Positions 46,391 through 54,319 of a stretch of DNA of 64,000 bases are shown here, piece by piece. Location: the sequence record MT133560.1. One strand, written 5' to 3'. The notes under the pieces are model-generated. The model was not told the origin of the DNA. It saw only the letters and a list, made by a program, of their open reading frames with translations, and made no database searches. The translations under genes were made by a program, and so were the position numbers. Position 1 is the stretch's first letter, and each line of letters starts with the position of its first letter.

Positions 46391-46431
46391 GGAGTTATTG
46401 ATGTATTGAGTTGAAACTCAATAATAACTCC
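46391..46431 (+). other. long imperfect hairpin
   Basis: GGAGTTATT...TATTGAGTT-GAA-ACTCAATA-ATAACTCC. Confidence 0.6.
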
Positions 46432-46466
46432 TACTTTAATTTAAAAAATACAAAAGGAATATTTCC

Positions 46467-47120
46467 ATGGCGTCAATCATTAGTCTACCTTTTATCAAAC
46501 TAGTAATCAGCCGTAATAATAATTACACTGTTAACCATCAGTCAGGTACTGATAATGTACCTCATCTATGTGTTAAAGTAAAACATTCTAACGGTTATGC
46601 CTGGTTCGGTATTATCATTGTTGATTATGAAAAACGTACCAGTGGTTGGACTGAAGAAGAATTCAATGCAGTTGTAACTCGTTTCCATGAGGCAATGAAT
46701 TCTCAATGTGATATCCAACGATTAGAAACAGACATTAACCGACTAATGGATTCCATCCAAGATGTTGTTACTGGTCGGAAACGACCAACCCTATTCGGCG
46801 GTGATGGTAATGACTTCATTCAAATGCATCTTCAAAATAATATCCAACTTGATATTTATCGGAATGAAATTAACGAAGATACTCTAACCTATGGTGGGTA
46901 TCGTGGTAAAGTAAGTCTTCGCCATGGTTATGAAGAATATAACTTCTTCCTGTATCATCGTGGTATTATTCTAAACCATTACATCGATGCAGAGATTGCT
47001 AAAGAGCTAATTGAAGATGCTCTTAATAAGACTTTCCCGGAGATTACTTATCTACCGCGAGCCACTGTCGAACCTACAGCAGTGGAACGCACTCGTAATA
47101 GACATCTGGATAAAAGTTAA
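46467..47120 (+). CDS. hypothetical protein
   Basis: AAGGA RBS. Confidence 0.8.
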   Translation: MASIISLPFIKLVISRNNNYTVNHQSGTDNVPHLCVKVKHSNGYAWFGIIIVDYEKRTSGWTEEEFNAVVTRFHEAMNSQCDIQRLETDINRLMDSIQDVVTGRKRPTLFGGDGNDFIQMHLQNNIQLDIYRNEINEDTLTYGGYRGKVSLRHGYEEYNFFLYHRGIILNHYIDAEIAKELIEDALNKTFPEITYLPRATVEPTAVERTRNRHLDKS

Positions 47121-47121
47121 A

Positions 47122-47535
47122 ATGACTAGTCAACTTATCGTAGTTGATTTACAAAACCCTAGAAATAAACATATATACAGTGAATTAACTCATGAACATC
47201 CTAGAACAATAACATCACATCTAGTTGAAGAATTAGATGATTTTGATGTTCACCAATATTCATACCAAGCGGAGTATAAATCTGGGATTGATCTTAGATT
47301 AATATTCTTTTGGGATGGACCATACACTGAACCAAGAGAAGAAGGTTACGAACCAACTGATCTAGAGAAAAGGTGTGTGAAGTTGTGTAGGCAATATGAG
47401 GCTGCGATTAACGGGCAATTATCTGTAGTTGATCACTCTCGGTTCCGGACGGTGTGTACCTTCAGATCAGATAATAGTTTACCAACAACTTTAGACTGGA
47501 TTCATAAAGAACCCCCATCTAAAGAGGTTATGTAA
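47122..47535 (+). CDS. hypothetical protein
   Basis: ATG 47122, 1 nt after previous stop, preferred to ORF-track start 47011. Confidence 0.75.
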   Translation: MTSQLIVVDLQNPRNKHIYSELTHEHPRTITSHLVEELDDFDVHQYSYQAEYKSGIDLRLIFFWDGPYTEPREEGYEPTDLEKRCVKLCRQYEAAINGQLSVVDHSRFRTVCTFRSDNSLPTTLDWIHKEPPSKEVM

Positions 47536-47564
47536 AAAATAGTAAAAGAAATACACTATTCTAT

Positions 47565-47655
47565 GTAGTTCCTTTACGATTGCTCTTTTATCTTAGTTTC
47601 AGTTTTGCTGAAGAAGTACCAATGAGATACCCTCCCCTGATCGGGGAGGGTTTTT
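47565..47655 (+). ncRNA. candidate late small RNA (about 90 nt)
   Basis: TATGTAG at 47562-68, no ORF with RBS, terminator ACCCTCCCC-TGATC-GGGGAGGGT 47629-47651 + TTTTT. Confidence 0.5.
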
Positions 47656-47676
47656 GACATCTAAGAGGAAAATATA

Positions 47677-48057
47677 ATGTGCAAACAACATCGTGTAGTA
47701 TCTATGAAAGTTACATGCACGCAAGCTCGCTATCCGATCGGTCTGTGCGATCTCGGATTTGATAATGCTGCTGATGCTCGGCAATATCTATTAGATGTCG
47801 TTGAGTACAATATGGATCGTCTCCACCCGCAACATGCTAATACATTCCAGCTACAAAATCTACAAGACGGGTTCGTAGTATCCTACGATATCGAAAAAGA
47901 TGGATCCGTTTATCTTCGGTTAACACTGGCGGCTGTAGCTTATCAATCAATCGATCTTGAGTTGGGGGTTACCGTTAAAGAAAATGAAGGGATCAGTGTT
48001 GTAATCAAAAATTGGATCAATGGTGAGTATACTGCGGGGAACAAATACTTGCAGTAA
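47677..48057 (+). CDS. hypothetical protein
   Basis: GAGGA RBS; sits between two candidate sRNA units. Confidence 0.8.
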   Translation: MCKQHRVVSMKVTCTQARYPIGLCDLGFDNAADARQYLLDVVEYNMDRLHPQHANTFQLQNLQDGFVVSYDIEKDGSVYLRLTLAAVAYQSIDLELGVTVKENEGISVVIKNWINGEYTAGNKYLQ

Positions 48058-48065
48058 TACCATAT

Positions 48066-48188
48066 GTAAAGAATACCCAAATCGGGATCTCCCGGACTAT
48101 CTCCCTTCAGCGTTCCCGTCCGCAAATGAAGGTGCCGCCGAGATCCCACCTATTGATAATGCCCTCCCTTCGGGGAGGGCATTATTTC
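48066..48188 (+). ncRNA. candidate structured late small RNA (about 120 nt) with possible pseudoknot
   Basis: TATGTA at 48063-68; GGGATCTC/GAGATCCC stem (48084-91/48140-47) enclosing interleaved CGGAC/GTCCG and CCTTCA/TGAAGG; terminator 48158-48183. Confidence 0.6.
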
Positions 48189-48223
48189 GCTTAAGCCTAT
48201 TTATTTTATTATAAGGAGTGAAA

Positions 48224-48955
48224 ATGACATATATCGTAAATGATGGTAAAGTCATGATTGCAGACTGCCTATTAATTGAGCGGAATAATGCAACTGATAG
48301 CATTGGGCGACTTCCAGTATTAGATAACGGTTATATTGATCTAACTGCTAAAGCTGAAGGTGTAGATGTATATTACAATGATTGCCACAAGATAATTTTT
48401 CATCCGACAGTTACTTGGCAAGGTAAACGTGTTAAAACTATGGCTTTTGCTGGAACTATAGATAATGTTTATGATCTATTGAATGCCCTTACCGCAGGTG
48501 TTGATTTAGCTGATTGGTTTAAAGTTGAAGTAAATATCTTGCCAGTCATAGAACGCAGGTTGTTTAATGGTAATACTTCTATGATGTTCACTATGGAGAA
48601 TGGTGACATATATACAGTTATTCTTAAAGACATGGGTATCAACATCACCAAGAAAGATTGGGCTCATTTGGGTAGTGGTGTAGATGCAGTTAATAGTGTA
48701 CTTGAGTTTATCCCTAATTGTAATGATAATGGATCAACCAAACTAACTGCACTTGAAGCATTTGCTATTGCATGTGCACATACTACTACTGTAAGTCGTA
48801 AATTTGATTATTACATCCATGCTACAGGTGAGTACAAGCAAAATCAAGAACTATCAACTAAACAACTAAAATGGATACTAGCGCGCATTCAAAAGCGGAT
48901 GGATCTTACCCGCATTTTCAATGACCGCGAATATGCCAATAACATATGGGGTTGA
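48224..48955 (+). CDS. HslV/proteasome-beta-like Ntn hydrolase
   Basis: AGGAG RBS then Met-Thr start (MTYIVNDGKVMIAD), later K, AFAG, LGSG, LTALEAFAIA. Confidence 0.65.
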   Translation: MTYIVNDGKVMIADCLLIERNNATDSIGRLPVLDNGYIDLTAKAEGVDVYYNDCHKIIFHPTVTWQGKRVKTMAFAGTIDNVYDLLNALTAGVDLADWFKVEVNILPVIERRLFNGNTSMMFTMENGDIYTVILKDMGINITKKDWAHLGSGVDAVNSVLEFIPNCNDNGSTKLTALEAFAIACAHTTTVSRKFDYYIHATGEYKQNQELSTKQLKWILARIQKRMDLTRIFNDREYANNIWG

Positions 48956-49476
48956 TTTGTATGAGTAATTCTAATATGGATATGCTATATTACACTAATG
49001 TAAATTGGGAGCAATATTTTCATCATGTGAAACAACGTGCAGATGATACTGTTAAAGTAATGTATAAACCTGAATATGAAGATCTTATTGATGAAGCATG
49101 TAGGCCATTAATTAAATGGTTTAATCAATTTATCAATGTTGCAACTATTTATTGCTGTTCAGGCCATGTTGATGAAGAAACTGGTGGTAGCCCTGGATAC
49201 ATTAGTCTTTTATTTAAAGATACCAATGCAGAGAATTCTGCAATGCGTTTATTGCGTGAAGCAATGTGTAAGGGGCGTGAGTGTAAGATCCCATTCGAAA
49301 TTGAACTGGGGGCTTATTTCGGGCATCTACATGAGACCATTGATCAGAATCACTGGGTCGCCAATCTAGTCATCCGCACCAATAGCTACAAACGTAAAAA
49401 TACGTATGATCGCTATTGGCATCGTCTTTACAATATCATAACAACATGTAATACTGAGGGTTTATACACCGTCTAA
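48946..49476 (+). CDS. Tyw3-like-motif protein (start may be 48961)
   Basis: IDEACRPLIKWFN...ATIYCCSGH...GYI. Confidence 0.55.
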   Translation: MGLICMSNSNMDMLYYTNVNWEQYFHHVKQRADDTVKVMYKPEYEDLIDEACRPLIKWFNQFINVATIYCCSGHVDEETGGSPGYISLLFKDTNAENSAMRLLREAMCKGRECKIPFEIELGAYFGHLHETIDQNHWVANLVIRTNSYKRKNTYDRYWHRLYNIITTCNTEGLYTV

Positions 49477-49494
49477 AAAATCTGAGATAATTTA

Positions 49495-49644
49495 ATGAAT
49501 GATATTAAAAATACATTATTAGTTAGATTAAAGAGGAAACAAAAAGCTAAGCGTATAGATAAATTACAAAGACTAGGTTTATGGTTTATTCTATTGCTAT
49601 GTGTATCTAATCTATTTGTCCAATTAATAAAAGGTATATTCTAA
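49495..49644 (+). CDS. 49-aa membrane microprotein
   Basis: Basic N-half then LGLWFILLLCVSNLFVQLI; abuts next ATG. Confidence 0.55.
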   Translation: MNDIKNTLLVRLKRKQKAKRIDKLQRLGLWFILLLCVSNLFVQLIKGIF

Positions 49645-50325
49645 ATGGCAGAAAAGCTCAGTTTTGCTGATATATTTAAGATGGCTAAAGAGGAAAATGT
49701 TAAGCTTGAATTGCATTGTCTAATTGGTACTCGGCCAGTTAGGGGTCTTATTAAAAGTTTAAACTTTAATCCAATCAGACCTGATGTATACGAATCTGTT
49801 AATTTATATGTAGATGTATTTTCTAAAGTAGTGGAGACTAAAATAGATCCATCAAGTACTACTGCTGATTATGGTTGCTGGAGAATGACACCAGAAACTA
49901 AGAATTATGTAGATAGTAAATATAACTTACCAGAAAAAATGGATATCACTAATCCAGATATCGTTAGGAGTAATATTAATTATTACCTCAGTTTACCTAC
50001 TCAGGAACGTATTGCGTTATTTAATAAAATAAATAATCCTAATGTCATTGAGGCGATAAACAAAGAATGGTCTAAAATGGTTGTAGAGTATTATCAATCT
50101 GAGATCGATTCATTTATTGGATTAATTGATTTCGATCATGTCCTTATCAATAAGTTCATGGTATTTAACTGGATGGATGATCTGTTTGAATATGCTTTAA
50201 ATATCCCATTAAAACAAACCAATACAGTAAATGAAGGTACCTGTTGCTTACTGGTTCACAAAGATAAAAAGGCAACATATACCCATTTTACTGATATTAA
50301 AAATCTTATCAAAGTAAGTGTATAA
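49645..50325 (+). CDS. hypothetical protein
   Basis: AAGGT RBS; last plus-strand gene of the block. Confidence 0.8.
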   Translation: MAEKLSFADIFKMAKEENVKLELHCLIGTRPVRGLIKSLNFNPIRPDVYESVNLYVDVFSKVVETKIDPSSTTADYGCWRMTPETKNYVDSKYNLPEKMDITNPDIVRSNINYYLSLPTQERIALFNKINNPNVIEAINKEWSKMVVEYYQSEIDSFIGLIDFDHVLINKFMVFNWMDDLFEYALNIPLKQTNTVNEGTCCLLVHKDKKATYTHFTDIKNLIKVSV

Positions 50326-50337
50326 TTACGGCATAAA

Positions 50338-50359
50338 CCCCTCTCCACATGGAGAGGGG
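50338..50359. terminator. bidirectional terminator at strand convergence
   Basis: CCCCTCTCC-ACAT-GGAGAGGGG between convergent genes. Confidence 0.85.
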
Positions 50360-50387
50360 CTATGTCTTTATTTTCTTTTATTTAAAC

Positions 50388-50777
50388 TCACTTAGAATAA
50401 TCTTCTACTGGAATATCATCCAGCCAATCATTAAGTAGTTTAAATTGATGAGGGTGCTGCATCTTAGTAACTTTACCATACTTAACACTAACTGCTTTAC
50501 CACTCGATACAGCAAGATCAACTAGTTTCTTTTCGTATGCATTAAACTCATCATACCACCGAGTATGAATAAGTTTTGCTAGGCGATCGTAAGCCGTCTT
50601 TCGATAATGATCTTCTAGTTCGCGACGTTGTTCATCAAGTAGTTCTTTTTGACGTTGTTCTTGCTGACGCTTTTCTTCTTCCTGTTTCTCTTTCTCTAGT
50701 CGTTTCTTCTCAGCAAAATATGATAGAACCGGTAGTTTGAAAAGCAGGCTTAGAAGTAGTTGAAAGAATTGTTTCAT
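50388..50777 (-). CDS. coiled-coil protein with hydrophobic N-terminus
   Basis: MKQFFQLLLSLLFKLPVLSYF then E/K/Q/R-rich helix; GAGGA RBS before ATG 50777; TATGTA at 50839-34. Confidence 0.75.
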   Translation of the reverse strand: MKQFFQLLLSLLFKLPVLSYFAEKKRLEKEKQEEEKRQQEQRQKELLDEQRRELEDHYRKTAYDRLAKLIHTRWYDEFNAYEKKLVDLAVSSGKAVSVKYGKVTKMQHPHQFKLLNDWLDDIPVEDYSK

Positions 50778-50857
50778 TAGTATTTCCTCAGTTTGATTAA
50801 ATAGATAATTTACAAATGGCAATCCGCCTAGTTACATACTAGATAGCTGTAAGTATT

Positions 50858-51268
50858 TTAATCCGTTACAATATCTGGATAACGTTCATCAATTAATGAT
50901 TTCCTATATGCAAACTCACGCACCTCTACTTCTAACTTTTCTTTAGTTGCATCTGTAGCACCGATCACAATAATTGAATCATTATTAATTGATAACTCTA
51001 CGTTATTATCTTTTCCAAATACTAATTTAAAAACAGTATTTAATTCATCTAATTGATCTTGAATGGTTACTGTATCATCATGGATTGCCCTAGACGGTTC
51101 CTCTAATAGGCCCTCTAGAACTTTATAAGACTTTATAAAAAGAGTATCATTAAAATCTTCTTTTAACCATGCTAATTCAAGTGTATATAAATCAACCACT
51201 CTATTAATATTTGAAGTAGTTATATCTGTTTTCCATTCATAACCTAGATAGTTAGTTTCATTACTCAT
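50858..51268 (-). CDS. hypothetical acidic protein
   Basis: AGGAG RBS, TATGTA upstream (51292-87). Confidence 0.8.
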   Translation of the reverse strand: MSNETNYLGYEWKTDITTSNINRVVDLYTLELAWLKEDFNDTLFIKSYKVLEGLLEEPSRAIHDDTVTIQDQLDELNTVFKLVFGKDNNVELSINNDSIIVIGATDATKEKLEVEVREFAYRKSLIDERYPDIVTD

Positions 51269-51310
51269 TATAAACTCCTTTGATTAATACATATTAAATA
51301 ATCTGGAGTA

Positions 51311-51487
51311 TTATTTCTTTGTAATGCGATAACCAACTGACCATAAATCTACACGGACGAAACCTTTTTCCTCATGTTGACCGTATACACATACGCGTAA
51401 CATTCGATTGCCTGGCTTCATATCAATTCGTGTTATCTCAAATTTATTAGTAATGTATTCTTGGATGATAAATAATAGATGCCTCAT
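51311..51487 (-). CDS. 58-aa hypothetical protein
   Basis: MRHLLFIIQEYITNKFEITRIDMKPGNRMLRVCVYGQHEEKGFVRVDLWSVGYRITKK; CAGGA RBS. Confidence 0.65.
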   Translation of the reverse strand: MRHLLFIIQEYITNKFEITRIDMKPGNRMLRVCVYGQHEEKGFVRVDLWSVGYRITKK

Positions 51488-51518
51488 TTTATATTTTCCT
51501 GATTAATGACAAACATAA

Positions 51519-51538
51519 GCCCCTCCATATGGAGGGGC
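51519..51538 (-). terminator. intrinsic terminator after tRNA-Thr
   Basis: GCCCCTCC-ATAT-GGAGGGGC. Confidence 0.8.
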
Positions 51539-51616
51539 AATATGATTTACTGAGTCTTTCACGTTCAATCCCATCCTAACTAATATATTTAAGAATAGTT
51601 TAAACCTCAGTAAATT

Positions 51617-51693
51617 TGGTGCCGCCACTCCGAATCGAACGGAGGACCTACGCATTACAAGTGCGTTGCTCTACCTAGCTGAGCTATAGCGGC
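51617..51693 (-). tRNA. tRNA-Thr(TGT)
   Basis: 77-nt cloverleaf GCCGCTATAGCTCAG...CTTGTAA...TTCGATT...GGCGGCACCA, CCA encoded. Confidence 0.97.
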
Positions 51694-51701
51694 GGAATCT
51701 T

Positions 51702-51708
51702 CTACATA
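51702..51708 (-). promoter_or_regulatory. late-type promoter TATGTAG for tRNA-Thr
   Basis: G of TATG lies 12 nt before the tRNA 5' end. Confidence 0.7.
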
Positions 51709-51754
51709 TAGTGTATATGAAAGTATTATTTTATTATAATAAATAGAGTTATAT

Positions 51755-51790
51755 TCAAACTTATTTAAACAGTATATTATTAACTTGATA
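51755..51790 (+). promoter_or_regulatory. early-type promoter (class B variant)
   Basis: TATTCAAACTTATTTAAACAGTATATTATT resembles 21362-21390. Confidence 0.65.
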
Positions 51791-51836
51791 TTACTAAATG
51801 TAATATTTTCTATTAATTGTAAATAGGATACTAAAT

Positions 51837-51974
51837 ATGAATATTGATCCAAAAACTTTTGGTATTATTGTTAGCGCCACTATTGGCACCGTAGGTGCTC
51901 TTATTCTTACGTATGGTATCGTGAGAGCAGTGCGTGGAAATAATAAACCTGATGTAAAAGATGTAGCAGAGTAA
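51837..51974 (+). CDS. 45-aa membrane microprotein, lone plus-strand unit
   Basis: TAGGA RBS; MNIDPKTFGIIVSATIGTVGALILTYGIVRAVRGNNKPDVKDVAE; own promoter and terminator. Confidence 0.75.
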   Translation: MNIDPKTFGIIVSATIGTVGALILTYGIVRAVRGNNKPDVKDVAE

Positions 51975-51982
51975 GATAACAT

Positions 51983-52009
51983 AGAGCTAGCCCATTAGGG
52001 GCTAGCTCT
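51983..52009. terminator. bidirectional terminator
   Basis: AGAGCTAGCCC-ATTAG-GGGCTAGCTCT. Confidence 0.85.
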
Positions 52010-52032
52010 TATATTTATTTTTTTTATTTGTT

Positions 52033-52701
52033 TTAACTTGGGGTACTATAATAAATAAATTTAGTTAATTCGGCTTCTTGCTCTTTGATTATATTATTTT
52101 TTGTTTGCTTAACATTAATATAAGATTCAATAGATAGCCAACGCTGATCATATTCGGCTAAGTCATTGAATTCAATTTTCTCGAATCGCCATGACTGAAC
52201 AGTGGTTCTAATCAGATTACCTGATTTATTAACAATATAACCTTGCATTGTCTCAAAAAAGTCATCTGCTTTACTAATAACAATAATTAGATATACATCA
52301 TCTGTGTTTTTAGTATGCATTGATTTTAATTTATAGACACGTGGGTTAAAAGAATCAATATCTTTATAATGTTCTTTGATTTCTAGAACAGCATCAATCA
52401 TCATCTTGGCGCTATTTTGAATACCGTTATTAAGTAGATATTCATTAAGTTCTTTTAATGAGTCATCACTCAATGATGCTTCGATATGTTCTTCACTTAT
52501 AGGGTAGTGATAAACTAATTTATTAATAGCTGAATTAACAACATTTAGTTTATCAACATCATAAACTTCTAATGTTTGCTTGCCAACTTTTATTTTTAAT
52601 CCTTTATTTGAATCATTAATAAAGTTGTCTAGATCTACTTCAGTAAAATGAAAAGCCATTTTAATCACCTTTATGTTTTCCGTAGTGAAGTGAATAAACA
52701 C
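52033..52701 (-). CDS. hypothetical protein (start probably ATG 52659)
   Basis: AAGGTG RBS before MAFHF. Confidence 0.8.
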   Translation of the reverse strand: MFIHFTTENIKVIKMAFHFTEVDLDNFINDSNKGLKIKVGKQTLEVYDVDKLNVVNSAINKLVYHYPISEEHIEASLSDDSLKELNEYLLNNGIQNSAKMMIDAVLEIKEHYKDIDSFNPRVYKLKSMHTKNTDDVYLIIVISKADDFFETMQGYIVNKSGNLIRTTVQSWRFEKIEFNDLAEYDQRWLSIESYINVKQTKNNIIKEQEAELTKFIYYSTPS

Positions 52702-52797
52702 ACACCCGGTTTCTGGTTAGGATAAAGTATGGTTAATCCATACATAATAAAATACGCAAGAGTATTAAATTAAAAAAACTAATATAACCTGATAAAA

Positions 52798-52818
52798 ACC
52801 CTCCCATAATGGGAGGGT
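52798..52818 (-). terminator. intrinsic terminator
   Basis: ACCCTCCC-ATAAT-GGGAGGGT (plus-strand reading). Confidence 0.8.
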
Positions 52819-52823
52819 TATAA

Positions 52824-53382
52824 TTAGCTTTTAAGAACAGGTTTTAATATTAGATAAATATAGCAGTTAGCAGTAACTGTGGTTTCAACTACTTTACCAT
52901 CACTATCGATTGCTAAAAGATTAGATGGATTATTAGTGGATACAGTTGATGATAGTATTTTATACGAATCTGCTAATCGGATACTAATTAAAGGGCGTTG
53001 AGTACGTTTAACTCGACTACAGAAGAATGTTAAAAGGTATTCAGTACACTCTTCTATAGTAGGTATACTAACCTCCCAAGTAACATCCTGCATTTCGATA
53101 TTACGACCTTGTTGAACAGGGCCTCCTAAAGCAGTTATCATTGCACTTGGTAACTTATCAGTCATGTCACCGGAAGACGCCATTAAACCAGCTTGATATA
53201 TAGTTACAGCACTAACTAAATATATTGACGCTGTATCGAAAAGAGCTATGTATTTATCGCCAATCCCATATGTTACTGGCACCGCATCTAAATCGGCAAA
53301 CTTAATAGGTTTACCAGGAGTAGCCGCAATTAATGAATGGGTTGGTTTATTTTCTGGAACATATGTTTTAGTTAAATGACAT
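52824..53382 (-). CDS. probable virion-associated protein; 5' end appears frameshifted
   Basis: Frame open 38 codons upstream of GTG 53282; ATG 53382 joins it if one T is removed (MSLTKTYVPENK). Confidence 0.6.
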
Positions 53383-53464
53383 ACACAAAGCCATTTTTAT
53401 GACTTCGCGTATGCGTGGCACGTATCTATTAAGATGATACAACTTCATATCATAACAACATAAA

Positions 53465-53483
53465 GCCCTCCGTGATGGAGGGC
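53465..53483 (-). terminator. intrinsic terminator
   Basis: GCCCTCC-GTGAT-GGAGGGC with A/T tracts on both sides. Confidence 0.8.
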
Positions 53484-53503
53484 TTTTATTTTATTTTTAT
53501 ACT

Positions 53504-54028
53504 TTAACTAAAACGAACTACAATTACACTAGTACCAAAAGTATCAGCTACCCACTGATTAAATTCTTTATCAGTAATACCTCGTAAATTCAGATTATAA
53601 GATGCGTTATCTACAAGTATATAGCGGATATCTGAAAGTAAATTTTCATTAAAGTCTTTCTGGATCGTTGATAGTCCAGATTTATGGATATAGCTACGTA
53701 GTTTAAATGTAGTTAAATATGGAATAATGTTATCTGGTGTTTTGGATAGTTTATCTTGAGCACCACGTCGAATTCTTTCGTCGGTGAATACTGCCAAACA
53801 TTCACCAGGGTAGCGTTTTGAAAATTCCATTAATGCTGTAGTACTACCAGATTGACGACCAATAAAAAACCCTACTGTTCTATGATCACGTATAGTGATA
53901 TGACTGACATCATTAAGATGATAATGCATCCCATACTTATTCCAATTCTCATTAGTTTTATATATCAATGCATCCAGGATAGCCTGGTAATCAACAATAG
54001 TTTTTACAAACTGATTTGTGTTATTCAT
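53504..54028 (-). CDS. small P-loop-like protein
   Basis: GFFIGRQSGSTT (Walker-A-like, Lys absent) and YILVDNAS (Walker-B-like). Confidence 0.65.
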   Translation of the reverse strand: MNNTNQFVKTIVDYQAILDALIYKTNENWNKYGMHYHLNDVSHITIRDHRTVGFFIGRQSGSTTALMEFSKRYPGECLAVFTDERIRRGAQDKLSKTPDNIIPYLTTFKLRSYIHKSGLSTIQKDFNENLLSDIRYILVDNASYNLNLRGITDKEFNQWVADTFGTSVIVVRFS

Positions 54029-54174
54029 TATAGAAGTTCCTTTATTACAATGTAGTATATAACCTTTATTAAATTAGGTTATATACCGGCTATGGAAAAG
54101 GCCTCGTCACCTTCCCTTCACCTATATTAAATATCAATAGTGGTTATAAAGAACGAGATACACTCATTGACATA

Positions 54175-54285
54175 ATATAGCCAGGGGTGGCAAACCCCTG
54201 GCATTCAGACACACTCTATAATTAAATCTACCACCGAGTGTATTTAGTGGATAGCTTTAGGATTATCTAGATAAAGTAATCCTAC
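54175..54285 (-). ncRNA. candidate late small RNA (about 110 nt)
   Basis: TATGTAG 54288-82; 5' hairpin TAGGATTA/TAATCCTA; ACACTC/GAGTGT stem; 3' hairpin GCCAGGGG/CCCCTGGC 54202-54180; no ORF. Confidence 0.5.
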
Positions 54286-54319
54286 ATAATATCATCGCAC
54301 TAGTATTTTTATCTTTAGT

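Noticed and set aside
974-47120. Numerous antisense or alternate-frame ORFs inside plus-strand genes (e.g. 974, 1823, 11671, 15957, 16923, 27031, 44723, 45509)
   Set aside because: Shadow frames of well-supported genes, without RBS or recognisable motifs
48084-48147. HDV-like/theta ribozyme
   Set aside because: L3-like TTCCCGT, P2-like helix and CAAA are present, but there is no room for the P1 3' strand, P1.1 or P4 between them; kept only as an unknown structured RNA
47599-48303. ORFs 47599..47784(-), 47943..48149(-), 48020..48214(+), 48097..48303(-)
   Set aside because: No RBS; they cross terminators and are open mainly because the region is GC-rich and structured
51655-51982. Minus-strand ORFs 51655..51852 and 51794..51982
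   Set aside because: They overlap tRNA-Thr, its promoter and the better-supported plus-strand microprotein
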